Shown: positions 41,301 through 52,303 of the stretch, piece after piece
Layout: each line of letters starts with the position of its first letter
Numbering within the stretch: position 1 is the first letter of the stretch
Assembly (NCBI GenBank): GCA_964016885.1
Contig: OZ024747.1
Coordinates: 32,364,001-32,428,000 of the forward strand
From: Eledone cirrhosa
Lineage: Eukaryota
DNA: 64,000 nt
Direction: 5' to 3'
The notes under the pieces: model-generated
Told to the model about the DNA's origin: nothing
The model's database searches: none
The model's input: only the letters and a program-made list of their open reading frames with translations
Made by a program: the position numbers and the translations under genes

Positions 41301-41698
41301 AACACTGGCTGATTGGTAGGATAATCCAAGGGTTGACAAATATATAGTGCAAGGATGAACAAAATTCTAGGAAAACATATCCTATGTTTCCTTTCAAAGT
41401 GAGATATTTTATATATAAATTCATTGAACATTCATAAAGAGAACCTTATTTTCTTTATAATTCTGTATTTGAAGTATATGATCTGATATTTGTGTACAAA
41501 TCTAATAATATATATTGACAAACACAAAATAACATTAAAGTGTAGGGTTATTAATGTAGCAATATCACCTATTGTTTACAGTAATTGATTTTAGCATTTT
41601 ATATGACAAGATTTATCAATGTTTATCTTAAATACTCTATAGAATTACAATATATAGTGAATTTTATTAAGTGTATTTTGTTTTTATTTTTATTACAG

Positions 41699-41716
41699 AG
41701 AGAAATTCATGCAATG
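41699..41716 (+). other. Candidate 18-nt microexon of an unidentified host gene
   Basis: tattttgtttttatttttattacag|AGAGAAATTCATGCAATG|gtaagc. Long T-rich tract plus cag acceptor, strong G|gtaag donor, length 3n, no stop in any frame, in non-repetitive sequence. Confidence 0.4.
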
Positions 41717-42154
41717 GTAAGCTGTGTTGATGTGTTTATAAACAGGTAGCAAGTGTAACAGTAAAGGGTTTCATGTTCCACCAGTTTTATTAGAACCAAT
41801 CACACAGCATGTCCTATGACAATAAATAACATATGCCACTGATATGCTCATATTTACAAATACATGACAATAAGATTTATTTACATATCTCGGGACAATA
41901 AAGATTGGAACATACTATTGACCAGTTGTGTTTGCTAGGTAGAGTTACATAGAGAACAAATAATGTTTCCCTAGTAAGACTTGGGGAGAGAAAGCGAGGG
42001 AATGGTACATAAGAGAGAGGTATATGAATCATTATCATCATCAACACCATCATCATTTAATGTCCATTTTCCCTGCTTGTAAGGGTTTTTGAAGGTAAAT
42101 GTTTGGTTATTAAAAAATGTTATTAGATATTGTAATTAATAAAATAAGACATAA

Positions 42155-42290
42155 GTCTGGTTGTGACTATATGGTTTCAGGTTTCATCATATTGCATGAC
42201 ACCTTGGGCAAGTTTGTTCTGCTAAAGCCACAGGCTTACCAATGTTTGAGTGAAATATGATAGATGGAAATGGAGTGGAAGCACAGACAG
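42155..42290 (+). mobile_element. Decayed CORE-type SINE fragment followed by CA/TA microsatellite
   Basis: tgacaccttgggcaagt motif typical of CORE-like SINE bodies. A (cat)n/RTE-tail-like piece lies just upstream at ~42030-42085 (minus). Confidence 0.5.
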
Positions 42291-42416
42291 ACAATTATGC
42301 ATACACACACACAGACATACATGCACACACACATACATGCATGGACATAGACAAACATGCATGCACACACACATACACACACAGACATGCATGGACATAT
42401 ACATACAGATATACAT

Positions 42417-42498
<82 letters not shown>

Positions 42499-42779
42499 CA
42501 ACTATACACAGAGATACACATTATGTTTGAATGTCTTTACACATATCTTCACATCTCCCCAATATGGGAAGCCAGTAACATTTATATGTACTGCATAAAC
42601 AATATGTATAGAGGAAGTTACAATATAAGAACTGAATGGTAATAACTTTTAATAAATTGCTAACTAAATTTTTTAATTAACATAGCTTTGTAATAAAATA
42701 TTACTTTCTTTCTATCACCAATTTATAGTCGACTTTTTCTTTCTTTTAGTTTGAGTATTGTGTATTTGTTGGAACAAAT

Positions 42780-43135
42780 AAGGAAGAGTGGCAAAGATCA
42801 TGGAATGAGTCTAAATTTAACAATGAAGACCTCATCCAGGACACCACATCTAAACTAGCAAGCTTTGACTTTCATAGAAAGCAACGAGTGTTCCTTAATC
42901 AGATCCACACAACACATGCTAGGACAGCCCATCATCTCCATCAATGGAAAATGAAAGACAGCTTAGCATGTGATTGTGGATACCCTGACCAGACAGTACT
43001 GCATGTTGTTCAGTATTGTCCCCTAGACATTTTCCTGGTGGCCAGGAGGCAATCCATAATGCTACAAATGATGTATGGCTCACCGATCTTGATCAGTCTC
43101 TCTAACCATTGTACATATGTCATATGACAGAAGAA
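42780..43135 (+). pseudogene. 3' end of an I-group (Ingi/Vingi-like) LINE with CCHC zinc knuckle
   Basis: FLNQIHTTHARTAHHLHQWKMKDSLACDCGYPDQTVLHVVQYCP matches LNRxRTGxGRxxxxLxxWxxxxxxxCxCG...QTxxHIxxxCP. It is followed by a gaagaa-type tail. Confidence 0.7.
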
Positions 43136-43184
43136 AAAGTTGGAACAAATAAACAAGTTGTACAAAAAAATATCTGTTAATACC

Positions 43185-43800
43185 TAATAATTGTTTCTAC
43201 TTTAGGCACAAGGCCAGCAATTACCCAGTGCATTACTGGTACTTTATTTTATCGACCCCATAAGGATGAAAGGCAAATTCAACCTCGGTGGGATTTGAAC
43301 CTAATAATGGATTCTAATTGAGGCACAAGGCCAACAACTTTGGAAGAGAGGAAAGTCAATTAAATGGATCTTTATTTCATAGACCCTGTAAAGATGAAAG
43401 GTAAAGTTTACCTCAGTGGTATTTAAACTTAGAAATTAAAAGGCCATAACAATGTCATAAAGCATGTTGTATGATGCTATAAATATACTGCTAATCCACT
43501 GCCATATCAATACTTAATAATTGTTTCTACTTTTAAGCACAAGGACAGTAATTTTTGGGGGGAGGGGAAAGTTGATTAAATCAACCTCAGTTCATTACTG
43601 ATACTTTATTTTATTGACTCCATATGAATGAAAGGCAAAGCTAACCTCAGCAGGATTGGAACTTAGAACGTAAAGGGCCGTAACTCTATGCCACAAAGCA
43701 TATTGTCTGACACTCAACCAATACTGCAAATCCACAGCCCTATATCAATACTTAATAATTGTTTCTAATTTAGGCACAAGGCCAGCAATTACCCAGTGAA
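43185..43800 (-). mobile_element. Tandem run of 3-4 decayed copies of a tRNA-derived SINE
   Basis: Repeated taattgtttcta...ggcacaaggcc...tactttattttatcgacccc-taaggatgaaaggcaaa...aacctcgg-gggatttgaac blocks, homologous to 53362-53553. Confidence 0.8.
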
Positions 43801-43959
43801 CAAGAAGGATGATGAAATGATAACACTTCAAGACAAAGCTAATTTACCACTAGCACCACTAAACAATTCTCTGTAAAAAAAGAAAAAGAATCCAATAATT
43901 CTACTGAATATTAATTTCCCATCAAAGTGTCAATCCTAATAACTACAAAATAAAACAAT

Positions 43960-44755
43960 AACTATAAATTTAATAGCTTTTGACAGTCAGACTATGACAA
44001 TATCGAATCTTTGAGCAAAAAAGTGATCCAAAAAATAGGGGGAAGATGGATGATATTAAAATATGGAAATTCATGGAAATAATTATTGATAAAGAAAAAC
44101 TATTGTTTTTGGACATCATAAAATTATGTAATATTTTAACATTTATTTGAACATCGCATACCATAGGGCTCATTCCTTACTGCCTAGCAATAAGAATATG
44201 CACAACAGTGATTGATACAGAACTATGGAAAATTTATAGTCTTAGTACTCATAGACAAAACATTAAGTTAATATTAAACTTATTTGCCACATTAAGCCAA
44301 ATTTCTCAATCCTGTTCAAAAGCACACAAAAATAAATCCTCAATAATCAACAGCAAACACGACCAAAATAACTTTGGAAATCATCTCAAAATTTACATTA
44401 GTAAATAATTCCAAATTATCTGTCAAAACATATATATATATAGCAGGTATGAGAAGAGATATACAGTAGCAACATCTTTAACTATTTAGAAACAGGAAGT
44501 GTAATATATGGTATAATCTGTCTTGGTTGCAGAAAGAATTACAACAGAGAGACTGGAAATATGTTATGTTGAGGAATCAAAATAAACAAGCAAAAAATAC
44601 AGAAACTGGAACTAAACAAAGTCCTAAATCAGTATTTAGAGATTTGTGGGAACATCAAAATCAAAACAAATTTCCTTTTCAAGACATGATCTGAAGTACT
44701 AAAAAGAAATGGAAAAGTATTTCAAAAAGAAATTCACTGCAAAAATGAACCATGA
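43960..44755 (+). pseudogene. Heavily decayed Penelope-like element (RT core to GIY-YIG endonuclease)
   Basis: Piecewise translations: MDDIKIWKFMEIIIDKEKLLFLDI (YxDD...FTME...LPFLD), IPYCLAIRICTTVID, SVIYGIICLGCRKNYNRETG (GIY-YIG: VIY...C..C..YIGETG), EMEKYFKKKFTAKMN (E..FI..F.P.LN). Confidence 0.65.
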
Positions 44756-44759
44756 AAGC

Positions 44760-44853
44760 CAGGGCTGGATTTATCTGGGACCCCTTATCAAACAGGACCC
44801 ACCAAATCTGAACTGTTCTAGAGCATCCCTGCCCGGTCTAAATCTGATCCATG
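44760..44853. mobile_element. Possible decayed hAT-type MITE
   Basis: Imperfect terminal inverted repeats cagggctggattta ... taaatctgatccatg. Confidence 0.3.
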
Positions 44854-44948
44854 TAAAGCTCCATGTAGAGACATGCATATATATAAGCAAAATTTAATAC
44901 TTCTTCAAGGGATAAACATTTTATTATTTCTACTAACAATGATACTTT

Positions 44949-45193
44949 ATCATCATTTTACGTCCGCTTTTCCCTGCTTGCAAGGGTGGGACGAGAACTA
45001 ATTCTGGCTTGATTTCTACAGCTGGATGCCCTTCCTAACACCAACCTCATTTACAGTGAGTGCTGGGTGCTTTTTTGCCGTGGCACCTCCACGACCACCT
45101 TGCAGTGGAATGATAGGGACCTCAGTCCCTATCATCTCATTTCTACAGCTGAGTAAACTGGAGCAATGTGAAATAAAGTGTCTTGCTCAAGGA
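44949..45193 (-). mobile_element. SINE (5'-truncated) with CORE/V-like body and RTE-type (gat)n tail
   Basis: Minus strand: tccttgagcaagacacttt...ctccagtttactcagctgtagaaatgag...ttaggaagggcatccagctgtagaaa...cggacgtaaaatgatgat. Internal perfect 11-bp hairpin at 45110-45135. Confidence 0.8.
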
Positions 45194-45240
<47 letters not shown>

Positions 45241-45530
45241 CAATTAATGTTGCGAAACAACAACAAGTTGTCTGGGTGATTGGTAGTTTCTACAATTCCG
45301 GTTTGTATTTATTTTCTTAATTTTTTCTTAAATTGAGACAAGCGAACCCAATTGGCTAGAGTCAGTATTCTTTTCACCTTAGCGAATAAGGTCCCTTACG
45401 ACTTGAACACATATATCTATATATCTGGTTCGCTTCTCTTTTATATTCTATTATAATATACGGCTCAGAAATATCTCTTTCTTACAGCTATTATAGTAAG
45501 AGACTATTTTGAGTTCCTAACTCAATATAT

Positions 45531-45600
<70 letters not shown>

Positions 45601-45723
45601 GGAGGTGAGTTTTATTGTAGTACAATAAAGCAATGCAGATATCGGATAAGAAGCACTCTACAGTTTGTAGGACTGGAGTATACATAATATATATGATCAA
45701 AAGATGGTTAAATGAGTTCCATG

Positions 45724-45794
45724 TATTTTATTATGCGCATTTCAAAAACAAATATCATCATGCAATAACATTTGTGTTTTCATCAGATAAAATA
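45724..45794 (-). ncRNA. Minimal type-I hammerhead ribozyme (left arm copy)
   Basis: Reverse complement of 48053-48123, identical core. Confidence 0.85.
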
Positions 45795-46149
45795 GGAGGA
45801 CATGATATGAAGGTTAAAAACACTTGTGCAGTTTTAAATCAACATATGAAAAGTTGTTTTAAATTGATGTGTGATATTGGGGGAAAAAAAAATGTTGAGG
45901 GGGGGGGGGGTGGAAAGGATGAAAAAGAAGAGGAGATGAGAGTAGAAAGTGGAAGAGGAGGAGTATAATGAGGAAGGATGAGATAGGAGGAGAGATGGAT
46001 GATAGAGAGAGAGAGATAGCTTTTATAACTGAGAAAAATATATTGTTTTACATAGAGAGGTTGAAAAACCGGTGGAAGATAATGTATAAATTAAAAGAAT
46101 TTGAAAATTAACGAAGAGAAAAATAATGTAAAGTTAAGGTTTGTATATT

Positions 46150-46318
46150 GAAGGGTTTAATAATATGTGCGATGAAAAGAAATTGTTAATATGTATTAAG
46201 AATAATATTTAAGGGTTTAATAATATGTGCGATGGAAAGAAAATGTTAATATGTATTAAGAATAATTTTAAGGGTTTAATAATATGTGCGATGGAAAGAA
46301 AATGTTGATATGTATTAT
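46150..46318. repeat. 3 x ~59-60-bp tandem repeat inside the palindrome arm (mirrored at ~47525-47695)
   Basis: aagggtttaataatatgtgcgatg(a/g)aaagaaa(t/a)tgttaatatgtattaagaataat repeated three times. Confidence 0.9.
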
Positions 46319-46727
46319 TAAAAAAACAGAGGTAATGTAAGTAAGGATATATTGTGAGATGAGCATGAATAAGTTAGATGAAAGTGAGAAAAAATAATGA
46401 ATAGAGGATGAATAATCTAACGTCAAAAAATGTTTATGTTTACGAAAGATTTTTTCAAGGTGATATAAAGTAAGAATATAGTGTATTGTGTAATAATTGT
46501 TTCTATGTTAGGCACAGTGAGAAAAGGTACAGATTAGGGGTTAGAAATTAAAAGAAAAGGAAAAGAAAAGGAAAAGGAAGAAAGGGAAGTGATGAATAGG
46601 AATGATATAGAATATGATAAATAACTTTGAAATAAGGTAGAAAGATGGGTATATTTTTAAAGAAGTATATATATATATATATATGTGCCTTTGAGAAAAG
46701 GATTCTAAATTGATAAAGTTTAGGATA

Positions 46728-47044
46728 TTAGCTGTATACTTTATGGAAAGTTCTGTGGAATTTATGCAAGCAGATAGAAAACAAGTCAGTGCGTCTGTTT
46801 ATTATAGAATCTAAATTAGATATAATGGTAAATTTTTCATTCAGACAGAGATTGCAAGTCTTGGATAGAGAACTGTTCAAGCAGAGGAAACCTTTTTCCA
46901 AGAGATGTTATATTTAATATTTTTGTCTTTCAAGGACCATATGAGTTCTGAGAGAGTCATGTTGGTTCTTTTAAGTTTATATTTAAAAGACGAATGATGA
47001 TTATAAAGACGAGCTTTAAAGGAGGTGGAAGTGTAGCCAAAATA
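46728..47044 (-). pseudogene. PLE GIY-YIG endonuclease C-terminal fragment (not in ORF track)
   Basis: YFGYTSTSFKARLYNHHSSFKYKLKRTNMTLSELIWSLKDKNIKYNISWKKVSSA* then, after a frameshift, SKTCNLCLNEKFTIISNLDSIINRRTDLFSICLHKFHRTFHKVYS*. Matches the PLE pattern YIG.T...FK.R..NH..SF...LS..IW.LK...I.W...C.LCL.EK..I...LN.R.E....C.H. Confidence 0.88.
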
Positions 47045-47130
47045 ATGCTTGCATAAATTCCACAGAACTTTCCATAAAGTATACAGCTAATATCCTAAAC
47101 TTTATCAATTCAGAATCCTTTTCTCAAAGG

Positions 47131-47179
<49 letters not shown>

Positions 47180-48052
47180 TTCTTTAAAAATATACCCATC
47201 TTTCTACCTTATTTCAAAGTTATTTATCATATTCTATATCATTCCTATTCATCACTTCCCTTTCTTCCTTTTCCTTTTCTTTTCTTTTTCTTTTAATTTC
47301 TAACCCCTAATCTGTACCTTTTCTCACTGTGTCTAACATAGAAACAATTATTACACAATACACTATATTCTTACTTTATATCACCTTGAAAAAATCCTTC
47401 GTAAACATAAAGATTTTTTGACGTTAGATTATTCATTCTCTATTCATTATTTTTTTCTCACTTTCATCTAACTTATTCATGCTCATCTCACAATATATCC
47501 TTACTTACATTACTTCTGTTTTTTTAATAATACATATCAACATTTTCTTTCCATCGCACATATTATTAAACCCTTAAAATTATTCTTAATACATATTAAC
47601 ATTTTCTTTCCATCGCACATATTATTAAACCCTTAAATATTATTCTTAATACATATTAACAATTTCTTTTCATCGCACATATTATTAAACCCTTCAATAT
47701 ACAAACCTTAACTTTACATTATTTTTCTCTTCGTTAATTTTCAACTTCTTTTAATTTATACATTATCTTCCAACGGTTTTTCAACCTCTCTATGTAAAAC
47801 AATATATTTTTCTCAGTTATAAAAGCTATCTCTCTCTCTCTATCATCCATCTCTCCTCCTATCTCATCCTTCCTCATTATACTCCTCCCCTTCCACTTTT
47901 TACTCTCATCTCCTCCTCTTTTTCATCCTTTCCACCCCGCCCTCAACATGTTTTTCCCCCCAATATCACACATCAATTTAAAACAACTTTTCATATGTTG
48001 ATTTAAAACTGCACTATCCACAAGTGTTTTTAACCTTCATATCATGTCCTCC

Positions 48053-48123
48053 TATTTTATCTGATGAAAACACAAATGTTATTGCATGATGATATTTGTT
48101 TTTGAAATGCGCATAATAAAATA
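48053..48123 (+). ncRNA. Minimal type-I hammerhead ribozyme (right arm copy)
   Basis: Stem I tattttat/ataaaata (8 bp), CTGATGA, stem II aaacacaaatgtta/tgatatttgtttt, GAAA, self-complementary stem III tgcgca, cleavage triplet aUA. Confidence 0.85.
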
Positions 48124-48151
48124 CATGGAACTCATTTAACCATCTTTTGAT

Positions 48152-48219
<68 letters not shown>

Positions 48220-48821
48220 AAAGTAAGTCCATAGAATCATTTGATAAAATATATACAGTAATTCTTCTCCCAATCAGCATAATCAACCACATAAAAAATC
48301 AATTAAACGAGGCTATAAGTTTAAAATGTACCTATGAAGAAACAATAGATAAATAAATGATAGCTATTTTATCCGCGAGCCACAGCCACAGAAGATTTAC
48401 CTAGTATTTCTAATAGCCTGTAGAAATTGACTAGACATATAGGTAACCATACATAATTAGGTACAAAATCAAAGTTAGAAGAAAAAATGGACATAAACAT
48501 ACCAAAAACATGTTTCTACCCCCGAGGGTTTCATTCGCTTTTTGGAAATATCCGATGGTGGATAAATCAACGAGTTTCTAAATCATCAGGAAACAAACTC
48601 AATTGGACGTAGATTTTCCTTAAATGATCCCCGCCAGAAACTAATTCAAAATGGCTAAGAATTGTCACATGGCCAGTGGTCAAGTCAGAAAGCTTGTGAT
48701 TGGTACCTGACGGCGAGTAGGCTGGTTGCTAGAAAGTGCAGCCGAATACTGCCTAAAGTTTTACTCAACCTTACGGGAGTATATAAAATATATAGGTTTA
48801 CATATACATAAACTAGACAGA

Positions 48822-48878
<57 letters not shown>

Positions 48879-48944
48879 CGTTATTGCGGGTTGAGTCGGG
48901 GGTAACCACAGTAAGTAAGGTACTCAATACATTGCAGAGTATAA

Positions 48945-49074
48945 AAGTTTTAATATAGATGAGATTCTACGGGACTAGAACTGTTTCATTCTTTAGAAAT
49001 CATCAGGAATCCCTGATGATTTCTAAAGAATGAAACAGTTCTAGTCCTGTAGAATCTCATCTATATTAAAACTT
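48945..49074. ncRNA. 130-bp palindrome of two back-to-back hammerhead motifs
   Basis: 63-bp arms (1 mismatch) and a 4-nt loop. Each strand reads c-CTGATGA-tttct-aa-agaa-t-GAAAC-agttcta-GTC outward from the centre. Confidence 0.8.
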
Positions 49075-49173
49075 ATATATTATATATATATATATATATA
49101 AATGTTTTTGGCAACCATTCACGGTGTGGCTCAATGACGAATTAATATTAATTAAATAATCAACAATCAGAGC

Positions 49174-49247
<74 letters not shown>

Positions 49248-49415
49248 GGAAACATTTGAACAGGAACAAAACAGAGAGGCAGTACAACGAATGTTTATTA
49301 ATTTCACGCTATATATATATATATAGTAATATTAATAAATGTGAAGACTAAAATCCAAAGAGGGTTCGATAAGGATAAATATATCAAATATATAAGAACC
49401 CTAGAGCAAATATTT

Positions 49416-49523
49416 ATTAAAATAAAATATTAAAGTTTAACCAAAGAATCGCTGCTTTCACCCTTAAAGGGGTCTTCATGAAAGCACCGATTCTTTGCTT
49501 AAACTTTAATCTGCTATTTTAAT
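49416..49523. ncRNA. Palindrome with hammerhead motif on the minus strand
   Basis: Arms attaaagtttaaccaaagaatcgctgctttca / tgaaagcaccgattctttgcttaaactttaat. Minus strand reads (a)TGAAGA-cccc-tttaa-ggg-t-GAAAG-cagcgattc. Confidence 0.6.
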
Positions 49524-49527
49524 ACAT

Positions 49528-49615
<88 letters not shown>

Positions 49616-49644
49616 TAAATATATATATATGTATTAAATATTTA

Positions 49645-49680
<36 letters not shown>

Positions 49681-50244
49681 TAGCAGCCATACCCAGCGTT
49701 GCCCGGGTAAGTCTACCATTAGTAAATAATTTTTTAAAAGAGAAAACAACGTAGCACGAACCCCAAAAAACCCACTTATTTTTAACCATAAGAAATGTGT
49801 TGTTCGATGTAAAAACGGTAAAATGTTAGGGCATATGAAAGGTGAATGAGTGTAAAAGTGTGATGTTGACGCTGGAAGCTCCAAACGCGAACTATGCCAC
49901 AAGGAAGTCAGCAGCCCAAAAGTGAGTCACATGGAATTTATGACAATAATGTGGGATGTTTGGCAATTCAGGGACTGAAGTCGTTGCGAGATGACGGAGA
50001 TAATGTATGACGACTTTGAGTGAAAGGTACAAATGATGGGTGTGCCATACGTTTGCTACAGTAGAAACATGTACATTTTTCGTTATGCATTGCTATATGT
50101 AGGCATTCTAATGATTTATGTAGTTTGAAATGCTTACCATTCTGTATAGTTGTGGCTGCCAATAGAAACTCTGACCTTGCTTTCCTTAGACTGATTGCAG
50201 TGACATAGACCAAACATGAAGGACGCTTAAAATTCCTCAACACA

Positions 50245-50900
50245 AATTCTGCACCAACCTCGATTGCAAAAGTAACAGAGAATAACGAATAGCGATTATT
50301 ACGCCAAAAGAAAAATGCTGAAGCAACTTCTATTGCACGAGATGCAGAAAACGAAACACAACGTTCGATGCGACAGCAAATAAATGCTGAGGCAACTGCT
50401 GCTGCTTGAGGTGTAGAAAACGAATCTCAACCCTCACTGCGACAGAAAGCAAATATTGAGGCAACGTCTATTGCAGGAGATGCAGAGAATGAACCACAGC
50501 GTTCATTACTTTTGCATAGAAATGCTGAGGTAACTTCTGTAGCTCGAGCTGCATCAACCGAAACAAAGCGTCAACTGAGGCAGCAAAGAAATAGGAGTCA
50601 ACTTCCGCAGCTCGAGCTGCATCAACCGAAACACAGCGTCAACTGCGGCAGCAAAGAACTGTGAGTCAACGTCTGCTGTTTGAGCTGTATCAACCGAAAC
50701 ACGGCGTCAACTGCGGCAGCAAAGACATGTGAATCAACGTCTGCTGGACGCGCTGGCCAATCCATGGAAAACAGGCTCAACCAACCAGAGGGGAACGTGC
50801 ATTTCAATACCGTGCATCCCAAAGTGGTCACAACGTTTACAGTCGAAAATGTATGGTGTTATGAATTTCCAAAAGGCAGTATGTCTACAATTTGGTAATT
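50245..50900 (+). pseudogene. 69-bp (23-aa) coding-type repeats, Helitron Rep N-terminus-like, opposite in orientation to the helicase
   Basis: Units start at 50314, 50383, 50452 and 50521 (exact 69-bp spacing). They translate as NAEATSIARDAENETQRSMRQQI / NAEVTSVARAASTETKRQLRQQR, with stops and -1 indels in later units. Confidence 0.6.
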
Positions 50901-50955
50901 ATTGAAAGCGGCGAGGTATTTGATTGTTAGAAGACGGTTTGTGTCGCAGTGTTGA

Positions 50956-52193
50956 TTACAGAACTTCTTGGTACAAAATGTTTGTGGTTTTACCGTTTAG
51001 AGCAAATGCATAAAGGTTTCTTTTGCTTCCCACTCTGGAATATTCAACGTATAGCTGACCGTGCGAAAAGCATGGCTCTTCTAGGTTTATTCTAGCGACG
51101 GACAATGTTTTCCCCTGAGACTTATCGTCATAGCGAAATTACAACGAACTGGAAACTGGAGCCTCCTAAATGAAAAGGGGATCTCTGATGTTGACGGACA
51201 AAGAGGAATCCTTGGGATAAAAACATTTTCCCCCTTTCCACATCCCGAGAGAATCGTCACCTCAATCAAGTTTTGCGTTAGTTTATTTACTGTAAGGCGG
51301 GCGCCGTTGCAGAGTTTTGGTGGGTGTAGATTTCTCAAAAGCATAATTGAGCATCCTTGCTTAAGTTCCAATCGATGAGATGGCAACCCGGAGGGGTTCA
51401 ATGAGTTAAGAAACTCAATTGGGTAGTTAATGGGGTCTGTGACTGTATCGATGGACTTGTATATACACGAAGCTGTAGGAAGAGACTTAAGCAGTTGTCC
51501 GTTGATTTTGTCGACAATCTCATTTTTCGGAGCCAGTATTGCCTTTTCGCACAGCCAGTTTGGATTTTGGTAGTTAGCGCTCAACTCAGGGAATACTGCA
51601 TCAGCCAAGTCGTCAGCACTGTTGACTAAAGTGCAGACCGGTTCGAGGGAGATTTTTTCCTCTTCATCAAGTGGCACTTTGCCGTTACCAAGTGTCAATA
51701 GGTTGGTAGCAAAATCTGATGACACTTGGTCACCAAGCGTCCGAGCTCTCATGTTCGTAGAGAGCGTTAATGTTGTGACATAACGCCAAAGCGGAGATGA
51801 CTTTAAGCATGCTCAAATAGCATCAGCCCTTGTTCCTTTGGGAATAACATGGACGGTTTGTCTAAAATCTCCGGATAAAAGGACAGTCACGCCTCCCATG
51901 GGATCCTGGGAGTCTCTTATGTCTCTTAACGTCCGGTCCAGTGTCTCCAAAGCTCCTTCATGAGCCATGGTACATTCGTCCCAAACTATAAGTTCTGCCT
52001 TTTCTGATCCTTTGGTAATATTACAGCAGGGTGTGTCATTTGGTGTCATATTGAGGGGGAGTTTGAAGGCTGAATGTGCTGTCCTTCCCCCAGGGAGCAA
52101 GGTTGCTGCAATACTGGAAGACGCAACTGCAAGTGCTATGTGTCTGTGTTGTCGAACCTTCGCAAGGAGAAGCCGTGTGACAAAAGTCTTCCC
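50956..52193 (-). pseudogene. Helitron PIF1-family (SF1B) helicase domain, one in-frame stop and one frameshift
   Basis: GKTF (Walker A, cut by a (CA)n tract), AVASSSIAATLLPGGRTAHSAFKLPL, IVWDECTM, GDFRQT, AI*ACLKSS, NMR, AILAPKN, IMLLRNL...LCNG, FIPRI, RLQFPV..FAMTI / KSQGKTL...FSHGQLYV..SRV...NILYQEVL*. Confidence 0.93.
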
Positions 52194-52205
52194 TTATATA
52201 CACAC

Positions 52206-52303
<98 letters not shown>

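Larger units (their letters stand above)
45695..48152. mobile_element. 2.46-kb foldback: truncated Penelope-like element with inverted pseudo-LTR
   Basis: Arms 45695-46772 and 47046-48152 are near-perfect reverse complements. The 273-bp spacer encodes a GIY-YIG C-terminus on the minus strand. An HHR sits near each outer end. (TA)n flanks it directly on the right and ~100 bp away on the left. Confidence 0.9.

Noticed and set aside
48670-48683. tggccagtggtcaa match to the satellite monomer
   Set aside because: Only about 14 bp with no flanking similarity; compatible with chance.
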